A stretch of 63,508 bases of DNA, filler included, from Basidiobolus ranarum (GCA_040143965.1; 9 parts of 9 records of this genome joined end to end with filler, not necessarily neighbours in it), one strand, 5' to 3'. Shown: positions 11,765-26,431, numbered from the whole stretch's first letter. A program made the numbers and translations. The notes: generated by a model from the sequence alone, not told the origin.

Positions 11765-13226
11765 TTAACAGGTAGGCTTTTCTTTTCGAAGTCTGGCTTT
11801 ACGCAATTGTTTGATTCTTGACTTTTTGTTCTCGTCGTCAATGAATTTCCTGTCTACTTTACGTAAAGTAGATCTGTCAAAGCCAACTTCATCACCAGAA
11901 TCATCAGAGTCTTGTTGTTGACGTCCAATAGAATAACGGAGAATAGCCTCCATCATATCATTTGTCTTCAAATGATGTTGAAATCCTTGACCAAGAATAT
12001 GTCTAAATGCATTCAATGGCAAAATCTTTGCCCAACCACGGAAGGTAAGAATCTTTCCACCAATTTTAAGTTCTTCTGTGGGCTTCACATTCTCCTCAAC
12101 ACTTTTAACCACATCACGGAATACTGCCCTTTGTTCTGCTCGATCACTCTTTGCTCTACGACGACTGCTGTCAATGGATAATTCCTTCAATGTGTAAATT
12201 AAACCATCGATATTGTCGTATTCAGGTTTAACAGGCTCTTCTTCACCATCATCATCAGAGTCCGAGTCTGAGGACCAAAAGTTATTTGCAGTTTCAAAGA
12301 TTAAACCAACATTTTCACCAGCAGAGATTCGAATGTCTTTGTCTCGGTTTTCCAGCAACATTTCATGCACAGGCATCACCCTGAATATCAACAAACCCGT
12401 CAATAAAAACTCCATCAATAAAAATGGTCACTCCATCATGTATCAGCTTACTTTTCTAATTCCTCCCATAATATATCAAAGTCTACAAGACCTGTAGTAA
12501 ATGAAGCAGCAAACAATAAACCGTATGCTTGAAGGACCTTGCTGAATAAATTATCCAAACCGGTAGATGATAAATCAGAGACATTAAAGTCAGCACCATC
12601 TGTTTCAATGAAATTAAACAAATAATCTCTCGCTAACTGCTTATCAATATCTGATGCTGCGGTATAAGTGATCAAAGACAAAGTTTGGAGACACTAGAGA
12701 TTAGATAATATTTAGTAAGAGATCTAAGATAAATAAGATATTATAGTTTCTTACACTAATTTTGATATCCACTTGTTCGCTATCCTTGATTCTATTTCTC
12801 AACGAAGGTAAGATTCGGCGGTATAGATCATCACTTTCACTTTCTGAAATATCTTCCATATTGATAAATGTCAATGCGATAGCCTTGGATGCAAGACATG
12901 CTTCATTGGTGCTTGAGTTCTTTAACAAGGATCTCTTTAATAAACCCAAGATTTCTTCTAAGCGGCTCTCAATTTGAGGGGATGCATGATGATTTGCCAA
13001 GATATGGACAAGCGTCTCGAGTAATTCTTCTCGGTTGCTGCTTTAAATCATGTTAACAATTTCGTCCTATTTCACCTTGTACTAATACCACATACCTTGT
13101 TTTACTCTCTGAGAGATCCTCAATGATTTGATTCAACGTATCAACCCAATTCGTAATCTCGGGTGTTTCTTTTTCCATCTTGGAGCTAACTTTAGCAACC
13201 TTTTTAGGCGTGAAATTTGAATACAT
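11765..13226 (-). CDS. Interferon-related developmental regulator (IFRD) family protein, 4 exons
   Basis: RISAGENVGLIFE…LSIDSSRRRAKSDRAEQRAVFRDV…GQGFQHHLKTN…KSRIKQLRKAR; GT-AG introns link ORFs 12701-13000, 12448-12681 and 11765-12418. Confidence 0.85.
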
Positions 13227-13815
13227 CTTGTTTTGTTTCGTTGAAAAGAAAAAGGAAGTAAGTATCTTTGGTGTCTAAATCATTCAATATTTATATGAAA
13301 TTTCAAAAATTCTCTCTTCTGTACACATCAATGACGCCACTGAGAGATACACTTTACCTGTTTTTGCATTGAAACCAAAAATACGTTTCGTTCGAAACAA
13401 GATTTCTTTTTCGGTATTGAGAATTGGTCAATATCGCCCCAAATCTATCCTATGTCTAGATATGGGCATGCAATTAGTACATTCATAGAGAATCCCATGA
13501 TTGCGGTAATTCATACCTGCTGCGGTATATGTGTCTGTGCTTCTGCGGTAATTCATGCATACTGCGGTATTTGTGTGTGTGTTACTGCTGTATTCTACCA
13601 AACTTAACATGTAACAATTATTGAAAGTCTGTGAAGAGTAAGCCCCATTCGAGTCAATGCTTTTTTGTAGGCCGCTCAAGATCGTGATCAATTGCGAAAT
13701 TACCATTATTATTTTGGATATGATATCTGACCTATAGCTATTCTGCCATTGAAAGCAATGATACAAAATGTCCATTATTATCATACGTATTTCGGCAACA
13801 TTTTAAGGTTGATAT

Positions 13816-13930
13816 TGTTAAAATTATCATTGTCTAAGCACCTATATAGTCATACATAGCTTAGTATTTAGTTATCCTATATTGAACTAAGCTATGACTT
13901 ACTGCTCTCAATTGGCATTTACTTACAAGC
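13816..13930 (+). mobile_element. Truncated copia family-A LTR (5' part)
   Basis: TGTTAAAATTATCATTGTCTAAGCACCTATATAGTC… matches the LTR start at 62930. Confidence 0.75.
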
Positions 13931-14052
13931 TCTCATAGTATAGGGTATAGATGTTCTGGTAAGGGTAAGGATGAAAAGAGGGGGTCTGGGGGATGCAGTC
14001 CTCCCAGTATAAAAAGAAAGCAGGGGGTATGGGGGATGCAATCCCCCATGTA

Positions 14053-14152
14053 NNNNNNNNNNNNNNNNNNNNNNNNNNNNNNNNNNNNNNNNNNNNTTAA
14101 TTAATTAANNNNNNNNNNNNNNNNNNNNNNNNNNNNNNNNNNNNNNNNNNNN
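14053..14152. other. Artificial contig linker
   Basis: N44-TTAATTAATTAA-N44. Confidence 0.98.
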
Positions 14153-14728
14153 AGTAATCACAAAATATGTTACTATTCTTCCTAAAGTGCTTTTGACCTT
14201 TATAGGAAGGTTTCCATAGTCTATTAAAGCATTTTCTGCATTCTTTTGATTGGATCCCAATTTGCATAAATCTTCATCATGAAGTCTGCCAAATATATAA
14301 TTTAAGATCAAATTTTCAGTTCTTGATTCTAGAGCCATTACTGGGCTCTGAAACTTGTGTGGCTGGCTATTCAGGACTGTAACTATGATATCTTGATCAG
14401 TGGTAGATACTCCAATGCATTTGATTTCATCTGCTAAAGTAGTAACTCTATTTATTAGTGATTTAATATCTTCTCCTGGCTTCATCTTTGAGTTAAAGAA
14501 TTATCTTCTTAGAAACATCCTGTTGGCAGCAGAACTTGTTTGGTAGGTGTCTTACAAGGCTTTTCATACCTTCTTATCAGTTTTAGCTCTTGAACATTGA
14601 ATTAGCAATTTGTATTTAACATTAAGACAAATTGTGTTAAAGGCACCTTGTTCTTAGTGAATTATAAGATAACTAAGTACTAAGCAATAGATGATCATAT
14701 AGGTACTTGGGCAATGCTAATTTCAACA
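14153..14728 (-). mobile_element. Internally deleted Ty1/copia family A (LTR 5' stub fused to gag)
   Basis: LTR stub 14655-14728, then gag MKPGEDIKSLINRVTTLADEIKCIG…IIVTVLNSQP…ALESR; paralogous to the gag at 14830-15300. Confidence 0.8.
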
Positions 14729-15867
14729 ATTTCCAGATTCAGTACATGTTCTTCTTTTGCAATTCTTTTAAAGCAATCAATACTCAAATGGGCAGTTCCT
14801 TTACTGTAAGCACAGAATGTGTTACTTCTCTTCTTAAAGGGCTTTTGACCTTTATAGAGAGGTTTCCAATACCCTCTTCAAGCATTCTCTTCATTCTTTG
14901 GGTAGGATCTCAATTTGTGTAAATCTTCATCCAGAAGTCTGCAAATACAAAATTTAAGGTCAAATTCTCAGTTCTTGATTTTAGAGCCATTACTAGGCTC
15001 TGAAACTTGTGTGGCAGGCTATTCAGGACTGTATCTACGATATGTTGATTAGTAATAGGTAGTCCAAAGCATTTCATTTCATTTCCTAAAATAGTGACTC
15101 CATGAGTAAGTGATTTAATGTCTTCTCATGGCTTCATTTCTTAAGTTAAAGAACTGTCTTCTTAGAAGCATCTTTTTGGCAGCAGAGCATGTTTGGCATG
15201 TGTCTTCCAAGGCTTTCCATACCTTCTTGGCAGTTTCAGCTTTAAAGCATTGAATTAGCAATTTGTTCTCAACATTAAGACAAACTGTGTTAAAGTAACT
15301 TTGTTCTTTTTTAACCTGGAGTAAAACTTTGGTTTCAGAGAGTGCTGCTTTATTTTCTTCTCCTGTAGCAGTGTCCCAAAGTCCTTTTTCTTGCAGCAGC
15401 ATTTTCATTTTAATTTTCCAAACTTGATAATGGGTTTCATCCAAATTATCAGCAGAGGGAAAGGTTCCATAAATTTGAGAAGTAGACAGTACAGAGAGTG
15501 CAAGCTGAGGCTCATAGCCTGTAAAAGTGTTTTGGAATCTGTTGGAAGTGATTTGGAGAATCACGGAAGCTGGTGGTTATTGCTTATTGACTTATTGAAT
15601 AGAAAGTTGACATTGATAGTTTTGTCAAGATGTAAGAAGACTAACATGTAAAGTGTGATAAGGAAGGTCTCATGAACTTGTGTGCAAAGTCTGGGGCTTC
15701 TAGCACATGTTTGAAACATCTGTATATCTGGGAACTTCTAAGTTGGTGACAATATTCTAAGTAAATTCCAATTGAGAATAATGGGTAATATCCTAGTGCA
15801 ATATAAAATAACTAAATACTAAGCTAGATATGATTATATAGGTGTTTGGGCAATGCTAATTTCAACA
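14729..15867 (-). mobile_element. Ty1/copia family A 5' end: LTR 15520-15867, PBS 15509-15519, degenerate gag
   Basis: TG…CA LTR, PBS GGCTATGAGCC, gag YQVWKIKMKMLLQEKGLWD…AKKVWKAL…LRRQFFNL with frameshifts. Confidence 0.88.
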
Positions 15868-16383
15868 GACATTAGATATCACTTCATTAGAGAGACTATA
15901 GTTTATAGGCTTAACTTATTGTTCTACAGAAGAAATCATTGCTGATATATCAACCACACCATTTGCTGGACAGATATTTGAGAAATTTAGTCCTTCCTTA
16001 GGATTAGTTCATATTACAATTTAGTTCAGGGGGAGCTTTGAAATTAATATTGCCTAAACAGCTATATAGTCATATATAGTTTAGTATTTAGTTATCTTAT
16101 ACTTTGCTAAGATATTACCCATTATTCTCAATCGGAATTTACTTAGAATATTGGCACCAACTTATGAGTTCTCCAATATATAGATTTTTCAAACATGTGC
16201 TAGAAGCCCCAAACTCTGCACATAAGCTTCTGGGACCTTTCTTCACAGATTCTACATCTTAGTTTGCTTACATCTTGACAAAACCATGAAAGTCAACTTT
16301 CAACTCAACTAATCAAAAAGTGAAAACGACCAATTTCTCTGATTTTCCAAACCACTGCTAACAAGCTCCCAAAGACTTTAACA
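15868..16383 (+). mobile_element. Ty1/copia 3' end: RNase H C-terminus, PPT and 3' LTR (16036-16383)
   Basis: YCSTEEIIADISTTPF…LGL, polypurine AGGGGGAG, full family-A LTR ending in ACA. Confidence 0.85.
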
Positions 16384-17454
16384 GTCTTTACATGTACTTC
16401 TTATGACCGCAATAAGATGCATTTTGATATACCTTATAGTCTTACCACTATAGTGAAATTAGCCTTGTGCCATATGACAAGAGAAGGAAATAAAGTAACA
16501 GAGAATCAATGCTAATCTTGATACAAAATCAAGTAAGGGATATCTGATGGATAGTCTCTAAATTGATATGAAGTTATAGGATTTGAAACTTTTTTGGTCT
16601 TTTAATTGCAATAAATAAGCTCACATATGTTCAGAGGTTAAAAATATTATAATTACTGGATTCACCGATGGATCAAGACCATTATACACAATCAGTCTCT
16701 TTATTGATATTAATTTGCCACCATTTAATACTTTTCATGCTAATAGCCTAGTATGCTGTACATAAGTGCAACGTTAGCGTTTGGAAGCAACTTGATAAGC
16801 ATGTTACTCTACTTCTTGAAAATTGATATTTGCAAACACCCTCAACTGATTCCAATGTATATTTGATTGCATATATATCACAGTTGTTCACTTATTGCAT
16901 GCCTTGTAATTATATTTATAGCTTCATACAAACAATAGTTACTGAATGCGTGGTATTATTTGGATTGCTTATAGCTATCATCGCAGCAGTTGTATGTAGT
17001 GATTGTCCTAATTTGGCTTCGAGTGCATGTGGGATTTATAGGATAAATTCGGAAAGATTTCGTTGCTTTCATTAAGTCTGGGGAGTACTTACCATATTTG
17101 GACATTGCTCTCCTTATGCTCAGCCACTTCTATATATTTTGCTCTCCGAAAAGTAAAATTCCCAAGAACAGTATATCAGTAAGGGAGGTAGCAAGAATTA
17201 CATCAATCTCTCTGAAAATGTTGTAATAACCAATCAAGAGGGATGGTTCAAACTTACAAGGAGGTAGACCAATATAGCTGTCTACAAGTGTTCTTAATCA
17301 ATTAAATCGAATTAAAAATGGTATACTAAAATTTTTTAGCAGAATTTATTAATTTAATAATCGTGACATAAATTTATCAAAATATTCAATGGGGTAAGAA
17401 GTTTGATTGCTTAAAAATTTCTATTGCGGTCGTTCATTGTGCGACAGTACATAA

Positions 17455-18756
17455 TCAGTTCATGATACTGCTTGAAAGGAGAAGTAATACACCTAAAAGC
17501 GTTGAACTGAGTTGTACACTCGAACTTGAACTTGGTTTATCATCAGTAGTAGAATGGACGTCCTTAGTGATAGCACCAGATGATGGGGATGAAGAGGCCT
17601 CAGAAGCAGTGGCCGACCCCAAAGCTGATCCTGAGGTCGAAGCGTTTGACGATACTGTAGCGGAAGCCAAAGTTGACTGTCCCGAAGTTGAAGAGGTAGA
17701 AGAACTGGAGGCCAAAACAGTTGAGGTAAGGATCTTGGGAGGATTCCATGGAACAGTTTGATTGCCATTATATTTACATTGGACAGTAATGGAATCAAAG
17801 TAGGCCTTATATTCCACGTTAGGATTACTCCAGTCTGTAGGCCCACCTGCCCATGACACAGTATGACTACCTTCAGAATTAGCATCCCATATTGACAACT
17901 GAATGGGGGCTAACCTTGCGGGATACCAGTATGTCTCGGTTGTGGCATTCCACGTGTCTTTCTTATACAAAGTTCGGACCACTTTATGGTTCACATACCA
18001 CTTAATGAAATCCTCTTCCCATTGAATTGTGTAATCATTGAACTCGGACGAAGTATCATCACCGACTGAAAAGCTTTCTCTGTGTCCATAGGCTGTTTTA
18101 CCATTTTCTGTATAATAAAGATGGCCGTCATAGTAGTAGTTAGTTTGTACTTTCTTGGGATTTCCTCCAACCCATTCAAAGTCGATCTCATCCCCTTGAC
18201 GATTTTTGATAATAAATGAAGTCACAATACCACCTGTGACAGAAGCACTCTTCACTCTGGCAGTAACGTTGCCATATTGAATCCATCTGACCGAAGTTAC
18301 AGTACTACCTAATCCATATCGATGCTTATTATGTATTTTATCAGTAACTTTCATCCCCATAACGAGTTGACCATTGTCAATAGAGGCATAGTTTGGTATC
18401 CACTTGCTCATCCATTTAGGACCAAGATATGGATCCCCATTGAATTTAGATATTTCAACAAGGTCACTCGGCTGCGAGAACTTATCGTCGAAGTTTACAC
18501 ATAAAGGCTTTGGATAACAGCTGTTAGGGTAACTTTTTGCTGGGTCGCAGTTAATAGCAAAACAGTTTTGACCACCGTCACATCCTACACCCTTGTAATA
18601 GCAAGGTGCGAATTTGGAGGTACATTGATCACTACTGGAAGCGGCGGCCTGGCTACATAAGTAGGCCAGCAACGAAAGCATAGAAATCTACATCAACTAA
18701 GGTTAGCAGGAAGTCAAAGCGATGATTATATAAAATCTTACCTTCTTGAAGGTCAT
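17455..18756 (-). CDS. GH16 Crh/Utr2-type chitin-glucan transglycosylase, probably GPI-anchored
   Basis: Exon 1 MTFKK plus intron; signal peptide; Cys-rich N-domain; catalytic DEIDFEW; SIWD…WAGG; Ser/Thr-rich stalk; hydrophobic C-terminus. Confidence 0.92.
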
Positions 18757-20214
18757 GATATGTGAAAGACTGAAATGTATAGACTTGCCACCATATGGTA
18801 CATTTATATACTCAAATTTGTGGCTTTTCCAGCGTAGAAGTTGATACAAAGACAGTGGTATATCTCCCAGATCGGTATACCGGAATTAGAATCTAGATCA
18901 TTACCCTTAACAAGATGCCAATGGCAACAACGATCTTGCAAATCTATCACAATATAGAACGTAACAAGATAAAAAAGAGTCCACTTACTTTGTTTGTTAA
19001 ACTGAAATGGGCAAGGTAAACCCCCTAAGCTCACAATTCGCTAATACATCGATGCTATAAATAGAGGGGCTGTACATGTGTTGAAATATCAACAACACTA
19101 TAATTTCATTAGCTAGTATATTGTCATCTATTTTTATCCTGAATAAATTGAGCGTTATTAGGGTTAGCTAAGAGACTGGATTCCACTTAGTCATCCAAAT
19201 GGTGCACTTTGTAGGTTTGTTTAATTAGATTCACAAATTGGAAAATACTGGAAAATAATCGTACCACTTGACTTGGCCATACCTACTGAACAACATATCA
19301 AATCATATAGGACATCAGCTGGACATGTGTCTCTTTTTCAAAGTTATGATGAGCAAAGTAAATTCAATACTGGGTAAAATACGGGTAAATAGTTCGGCTC
19401 ATCAATACGCCAAAACGAAAAGCCGCTCATCCTCCATAATCTAGATACGGAACTAAAATAAATGGTCGAATCAGATTGGTAGAGTTCTTTTGACTAAACT
19501 GCAGTGATATCATTACCGATGAAATAAGTAGAATTTAGATTCATGCACTATATTGGTGTAAAATAATTGGTAATTGGTAAATTCAGGATTCATACCAATA
19601 TCGGGAATAGATTGCATATCTTCTTAATAGTGAATTATGCGTTTAAACAGTACTTTTAAATAGGAAATATCTGAGTAATGGATAAGCATTCGAATTTTAC
19701 ATTGCTCTTATACAGGGCGGACATGAACCATATGTATTTTCAATTACTGGCATTTGGTGAATTTATTGGCCCGAAATGATAAATACGCTTGAGTTTGTGT
19801 TAAGTGAACACAGTCATCATTTCCAGAGTTTGAAATACAAGATTGACATGCAATCAATTTAAACTAATTTCACATTACATTGTGACTTCACAGTGGGTAT
19901 ACCATTAAGAATCCTCACTCTTGTCTTGAAGGTAACGTTGTGACCTCCTAACGGATTAGATTTTAAGACTTGAAATACAGTTCATCTGCCTATGATATAT
20001 TTTTAGACACAGCAAAAACAAATAAACTGAGAATGACGAAGTTGCACACCATTAACTTGAGAATAGTTAAATCTAGTTCATCAACAAACACTAATAAACG
20101 CCTTGAAAAGCAACTGTTCCTTGAGGCACTGGATGAAAAGAGCTGGTGCACTGTTTAAAAGTGGTGTGTTTTACGTATCAGATTTACCTTGTTTATATAA
20201 GCATGTGTTACGGG

Positions 20215-20770
20215 CAATAAAGTATTTGGGAGCCTGTTCAAAGTTTGGGGCTTCTAGCACAATTTTTAAATATATTTATACCTGAGAACTTCTCAGTTGG
20301 TCAAATATTTAAAGTAAATTCCAATAGAGATTAATGGGAAATATTTTAATGTAATGTAGGATAACTAAATACTAAGCTCTGTGTGATTATATAGGTGTTT
20401 TGGCAATGCTAATTTCAACACTCTCCCTCTACTAAATGGTCATATACACCAATCCTAAGGAAGTTTTGAATTTCTCAAACTTCTACCTAGCTAATGGTTA
20501 TTAAAGTATTTGGGAGCCTGTTAGAAGTGCTTTGGAGAATTATAGAAAATGGTTGTTTTACTCTTTGATTTATCAAGTAGAAAATTGATATATACAGTTT
20601 TGTCAAGATGTAAGCAAACTAACATGTAGAATGTGTTATGAACAGTCCCAGGAACAGGTGTACAAAGTGTGGAGCTTCCAATACAAGTTTGAAAAATCAA
20701 TATATCTGAGAACTTCTAAGTTGGTCAGATATTCTTAGTAAATTCTAATCCAGAAAAATTAGTAATATAT
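20215..20770 (-). mobile_element. Two degenerate copia family-A LTRs with PPT and RNase H-end remnant between them
   Basis: LTR terminus …GCTAATTTCAACA at 20420 followed by CTCTCCCTCT (PPT complement); second LTR at about 20500-20770. Confidence 0.8.
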
Positions 20771-20971
20771 TGGGTTGAGGGGAGTGGGAGACTGTCACCA
20801 ACAGGTGAAATCTTTATTTTGAACAAAATCAAGAAGCCATAACTACTTTTGTAGTTTCTTAACTAATGTATGGAGATCAGGAATATTGGTATGAATGTTG
20901 CAAAGTAGAAAAGTTAAGTCAGTAGAGTCTAAGACACTATTAAGTAGAGTGGGAGGGAGTAACAAAGGTAA

Positions 20972-21123
20972 GGGTTAGGGGGGATGAAAAGCAGCAGATG
21001 GTGTGGACTTTATTTAGCTTAAATACTAATCTAAACAAAGTGACAATCAAGACATCAATCTTTAAGATATTGTGACAATACTGGATGATATCCATACTTA
21101 ACCTGATGACCAATGTAATCAAG
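20972..21123 (-). repeat. End of an unclassified dispersed repeat (second copy at 42216-42322)
   Basis: Identical 22-mer GGGTTAGGGGGGATGAAAAGCA plus downstream similarity; both copies run into contig ends. Confidence 0.6.
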
Positions 21124-21223
21124 NNNNNNNNNNNNNNNNNNNNNNNNNNNNNNNNNNNNNNNNNNNNTTAATTAATTAANNNNNNNNNNNNNNNNNNNNN
21201 NNNNNNNNNNNNNNNNNNNNNNN
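21124..21223. other. Artificial contig linker
   Basis: N44-TTAATTAATTAA-N44. Confidence 0.98.
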
Positions 21224-24200
21224 AATATGATGGGGTGAGAGCAGGGGAGGGGAGGGCATGGGAGTGGTGAGGTTAGTGATGCATGATGTGAAGGATATGA
21301 TTGGTTGCCTAGAGAACAATAATCGCTGAATTGAATCTGGATAAGACCTCATTTATCCCCCTAAACTCAGCCGGTCTCAGGTATGGTGAATCCGCAATCT
21401 GTGTGATATTAGATTAATGATATATAGGGTGAGGGCGATTACAATCTCCACAAAAATGAGTGAAAAGAGCAGTTCACGAATGGGCGAAGTCAGATGAAAG
21501 ATTGCTACTCAAGTTTGAGAATATTCACAACTCCTAGGCGGATCCGATAAGATGGTTTGCACACCAGGATGTGAGATTTTCTACTCTCGGGGAATTTAGC
21601 AAGGAATGTTACAATAAATGTTGCACTACCCAATTGGAATCCCAATCTCCCCATAGTAACCGTCGACTCTACACTGCCTATTGGTTACATGTTGTTATTG
21701 TCAACTCTATGGAAATTTCGATATGCGCAGAAATTTTCTTCCCAGAAGAATCTACTATTTCTCGTTTCAATCCAGATGCTCTTGAAAGCTCTGTAGCTAA
21801 TGGTAGACGGTAGCACATCAGAAATCGCGAGAATATCACTCTGAAGCCATGATTTGGGCAATTTTGTACTCCTTTGTTACGAATAGACTAATGGTTTAGC
21901 CAGTCACAGTCCATCTTCCAAATCAGTGGAATTATGTATTGGTAGCTAAACACTTCCTAAATTTGACATCTGCATTGAACGTGCTGAGAATTATGCACAC
22001 TAAATCGACGGGAAAGTGATGCCGCTTGGCCAAAAAAACCGGTTGTGACTATAATCATAGCCTGAATATGCAAAGCGCATCGTGTAGGCCATCCATTTGT
22101 TCCTATGAACAAATAGAAAATGGATATCATGTAGGTTGATTTTAACCCTCCACTTTGGTTACACGACACTTCATCTCTTCAATAAACAAAATAGTGTCTA
22201 CCCACTACGAAGTTTTCCTCCTGATTAGTACGCTTACATGTAGAAATGTGTTTTGCAACTCAATCAACCAGCACTCTCGAAAACCTATATCCGAGCATTT
22301 TTGTTATCATAAGGATAGGGCGTCTTGCCCCATAGCCCCTCGCCTGAGTTACATACTCAGGATATTAAGGGCTTGGATTATGTCGCGCAAACTAATACGA
22401 CTCCTATTCCTTCGAATGATTAACTATAGTTGAGTTTACATTGACTGTCTGAGTGTATCCAGATGTGTGAGATTAAATTTAGATCTAGAGATTGCAAAGA
22501 AACAAGGCCAGGAAAGTAAATGTATGCATGGATGTTTAATTGAGCTTTCAAAACCTTGAATATTTGAGAGTGGCATTCCATTTAATATTTATGACATTCA
22601 AATAATCTAGGGTTGATCTCCTTAACAGCACTCTATAGCTTGGGCTTACCTATATCGGCCTCCTAAAATCACTGCTTCTGGAAGATCTTGTTGAATCAAG
22701 TGATATGCACATTGAAATAAAAGCTATCTTTACATCGAACCTATACTCTACGGCCCGAGGCTTCAGCAAATAGAAAACTGAATAGCCTACAAATCCCATT
22801 TATGCATGCTCTAAATTGATTACCATCATAGTGAATTTTTTTATGGAGTGCTGGATCATTACAGGTGCCTAAATGCGCTCATACTAAGTAGCACTACGTA
22901 AATACGATGTAAATGAAATGCGCCTCAGAGTCATTCCTAGAAATGATTTAATAAACACTCAGTATCTTAAAGAGTCAAGTATCGACTCTACTGAAAACAG
23001 GACTCTGCATACGTCGACGATGTATCACCGTTTCATAGCTCCTATTCATAGACCTCAATGGTTGCATGGCTCAACATGTAGTTCATGCCAAGAAGCGGGT
23101 ATTCTGCCAGTGAGAATCACCGACTCGTTATGTATGGTTGAAAGTTGTACATCAAATCAGTACATACAAGTATCGTCCGTAGCCACAATGCTTTGTTACT
23201 AGCTACATATCCACTAGCGACGATTTCGATTCCATGCCAGGACCAACTACAATCCATGAATCCTCGAGTTTATTTGCAAGTGTAACCGTAAGGAGATTTT
23301 ACTCATTATCAGTGAGGGGGCATAAGCTAGCTCCATATTGTTTGAAACCCATCGTGGATCTGATTCTACGCCACGAGATCTAATCGATAAATGAGGTTTT
23401 ACTGTACTCAATGTCTCGGATGGATGAAACATGTATGTGGTATGATGATGCGCCGGTAATGCCCTCTTGATAACATCTCATGGGAAACTCTATATCAATT
23501 AAAATACATACATCAGTATCAAGCTATGAATCTTGTGCACTAATAGTTATCTAGATCAAAATGAATGCTCGGGATTGTCGCTGGTTAATCTGTAGTATTT
23601 GATGCATTTATACCTTGGAAGAGATACAGACATCCCAGGGTTATATCCCGAGGTTACTCATTGGCAATTGTGACACTTGCATCTCATAATTCCATATACT
23701 CAGGGTCGGAGCTCTCTTAGTTTCCTACCATGAATTCAGCAGAAATGCCATGTGTGGTGCAGAAAACTAACACTACATAAGAGACAGTGTAAACACATAG
23801 GCTATACTAGATGGTGGAGACGGAAGAATACTAGTTTGATTAATGGACGAGTTGCTTTTCATAGATATAGAGTTCGAGAATCCCAAAAGTATCGGTTAAA
23901 TTATCGAATATAACGGAATCTTCAATTATTGTGATAAATATTTAGGATGAATAGAAATATTTAGATAGATATTAGTGCTTCAAGCTTCGCTGCGTTGAAG
24001 TCATCTGTTATGCTAATATAAATACGAGAAATAATGAGATTTACTTATATCACTCATAGAGTTGGGGAAGTATTGTAAGGTGTTTTGGAGAGCTACCAGA
24101 CTTGCCACTTCTTTACATATGTCAGCTATATTTGAAATTATTTTTAGCTGACTTGTATTTATTCCATAGTTAAACGCATAGACAATACACATGATATTTA

Positions 24201-26431
24201 TTACATGTCTGAGGCTCTCCACTCACCAGAAAAATTGACCCAGCCTGAGTGTACTCTAAAGTTGACTTCAGGAATATTGGATCACTCTACCTAATATGAC
24301 ATGAGGCACTATTTGGCTTACTAGAAGGACTAAAGGCTTGAATGAATATCCAATTTTTGCAACAATCATAGTGATATGAAAAATTCATATATAAATGTAG
24401 ATTGTTGTCACCAAAGCAACCCACAGCTTTTTACCTGTGAGCAAAGGAACTGCCGAAGGCCTTCTGTTTGCGTTTACCATGACTGACTACAGAGTTACTG
24501 CTCAAAGTACCATATATAAAGTATCTCAAATCCGTGATATAAACTGAGCTAAGATAGTTATATTATAATGATATTTATACATACATGGCTTATGTGCAAG
24601 ACTATCTCAGTAATATATATATTACATTATTGATAATTAATAAATGTGTATTCTGTTGAAGCAGGCAATCCGATATTTTAGAAGTAAACACCTAAGAAGG
24701 TATAAGCTCATCTTGTCTTGTCTAACTCTGAGATGCCAATAGTATATCTAAAATTCCTACTTCGCAGCCAGCAATCTTTCGTCAATTTATGTAGGAATGG
24801 AAGATCCACACCAATTTTTAGTCTATACTTTGCTTGCTCTGAGCAATGTATGGTACTGTTTGAAATATCACACCCAAGCAGCAATACTAAGCATAGCGAA
24901 GTGGTGCTAACTTTTTCTAGGTGTTTCAAAGATACACCTTAAATAGAGACTGGCTTTTTTCTGCTCTGTTTGTTAACAATGAATACTTCCTTTTAAGCAC
25001 CATGTGTTAGCAAAATACGTCATATTGAGCCTATCAGGACACGTGTCAGACATTCCACATTAGCTCAAGATGGATTGATGTTTAAAGATAAAGTTTCCAA
25101 ATGCTACTGTATTCCTGTGTAGCACCAGTAAATATCCTATGAAATGACTGAGCCTTTTTGAAAGCCAGTAAGTTCATTCAAGAAAGAGTGCTTGTGCTTG
25201 CTTTAACTTACCACACCTGACCATTGCTTTTGCATTTTAGTCCAATACAAAGTTGTCTACGAATGCTGAGATTCCTTCTACCTTTATATTCATCACATGT
25301 ATAGATACCCACCGCATCCTTAACACTAATCATACGAGTAAAGTTGAGAACTAATTTTTTTAGCTTATATGTGAATAATAAAAAGTTAAACAACTGTGCT
25401 GCTACTTAATATACAAGCATCAGTTTGGTACAAATACTTCTGAGTTAAAAGATTAATAATTCATGTATCTAGTAACACACAGATAAAATTTACATGTAGA
25501 AGCTTATTTTCCCAATCGTAATAGATATTGATAAATATCTTGGATATCTTTGATGAACTCAACGATCATTGCTCCCTTTCTGTAATAATCATTTTTTGAC
25601 ATGTGTATCTGTATTTTTTTAATTCACTATTGCAGTAGGCGATATTATTCTATTTCGTTATATATGAACCTTGGAAGACGAATGGTGCTTGTGAGCACAC
25701 AGGCACACAATCAAGTTTTATTATCAAGATGATCATTTGTTTAATGGCGGTCCACATAGCTATTTCTCATATATGGTAGGTACCGCTTCAATGGGAACGG
25801 CTGATAATGTTTGAAGCCGTCCAGGAGAGTAGTTGGTGGCAGATACTTTGAGTACTTGCGAATCCTCTATCATTTACCAATGAAACAATAATTGATGCAC
25901 GATGAATCTCAGTTCCAGCCATTGGGTTAGGGAAAATCTAATTACCAGGAATAATCCTGCTAAGATCCACTAAAAATATTGATTCAGATAGCTTTGTTGC
26001 TCTAGTTTATTAGCCACTGGAAGGATGCTGTTATTTGAAATACTACAAAAGTAGCTAGCGTTTCACGTTCCATATAACCGAGCACTTGTATATGGCGAAA
26101 TCTGACCAACGAGGATATTACACTAAACGAATGAATGCCTCGGTTTTTGCATTAAGTGCTTGTACTTGGTTTCTATGAAAGCCACCGACACACACTGATA
26201 CAAGCTTCTTTTGATACGATATACGGAGGCAGGAGTCACGCTAGTTGTAGGATCGGTATAGCAAATTTAGTTCTTCTATATCCAATCTCCCGGGGATAAA
26301 TATGCCAAGAATGAATTTTTGGTTGTCGAGTCATCGCTCGCACAATTAATGCAACAAGCATCTCTTATATAAGACGCACCTGATGTGCACGTAGTTCTCT
26401 ATACTTGTTACTCCCTACTCTGCTCTTACTG

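Noticed and set aside
21224-26400. Short ORFs in a 5-kb gene-poor stretch, including a PPR-like snippet near 25200-25240 (minus)
   Set aside because: No consistent frame or splice model; too degenerate to call.
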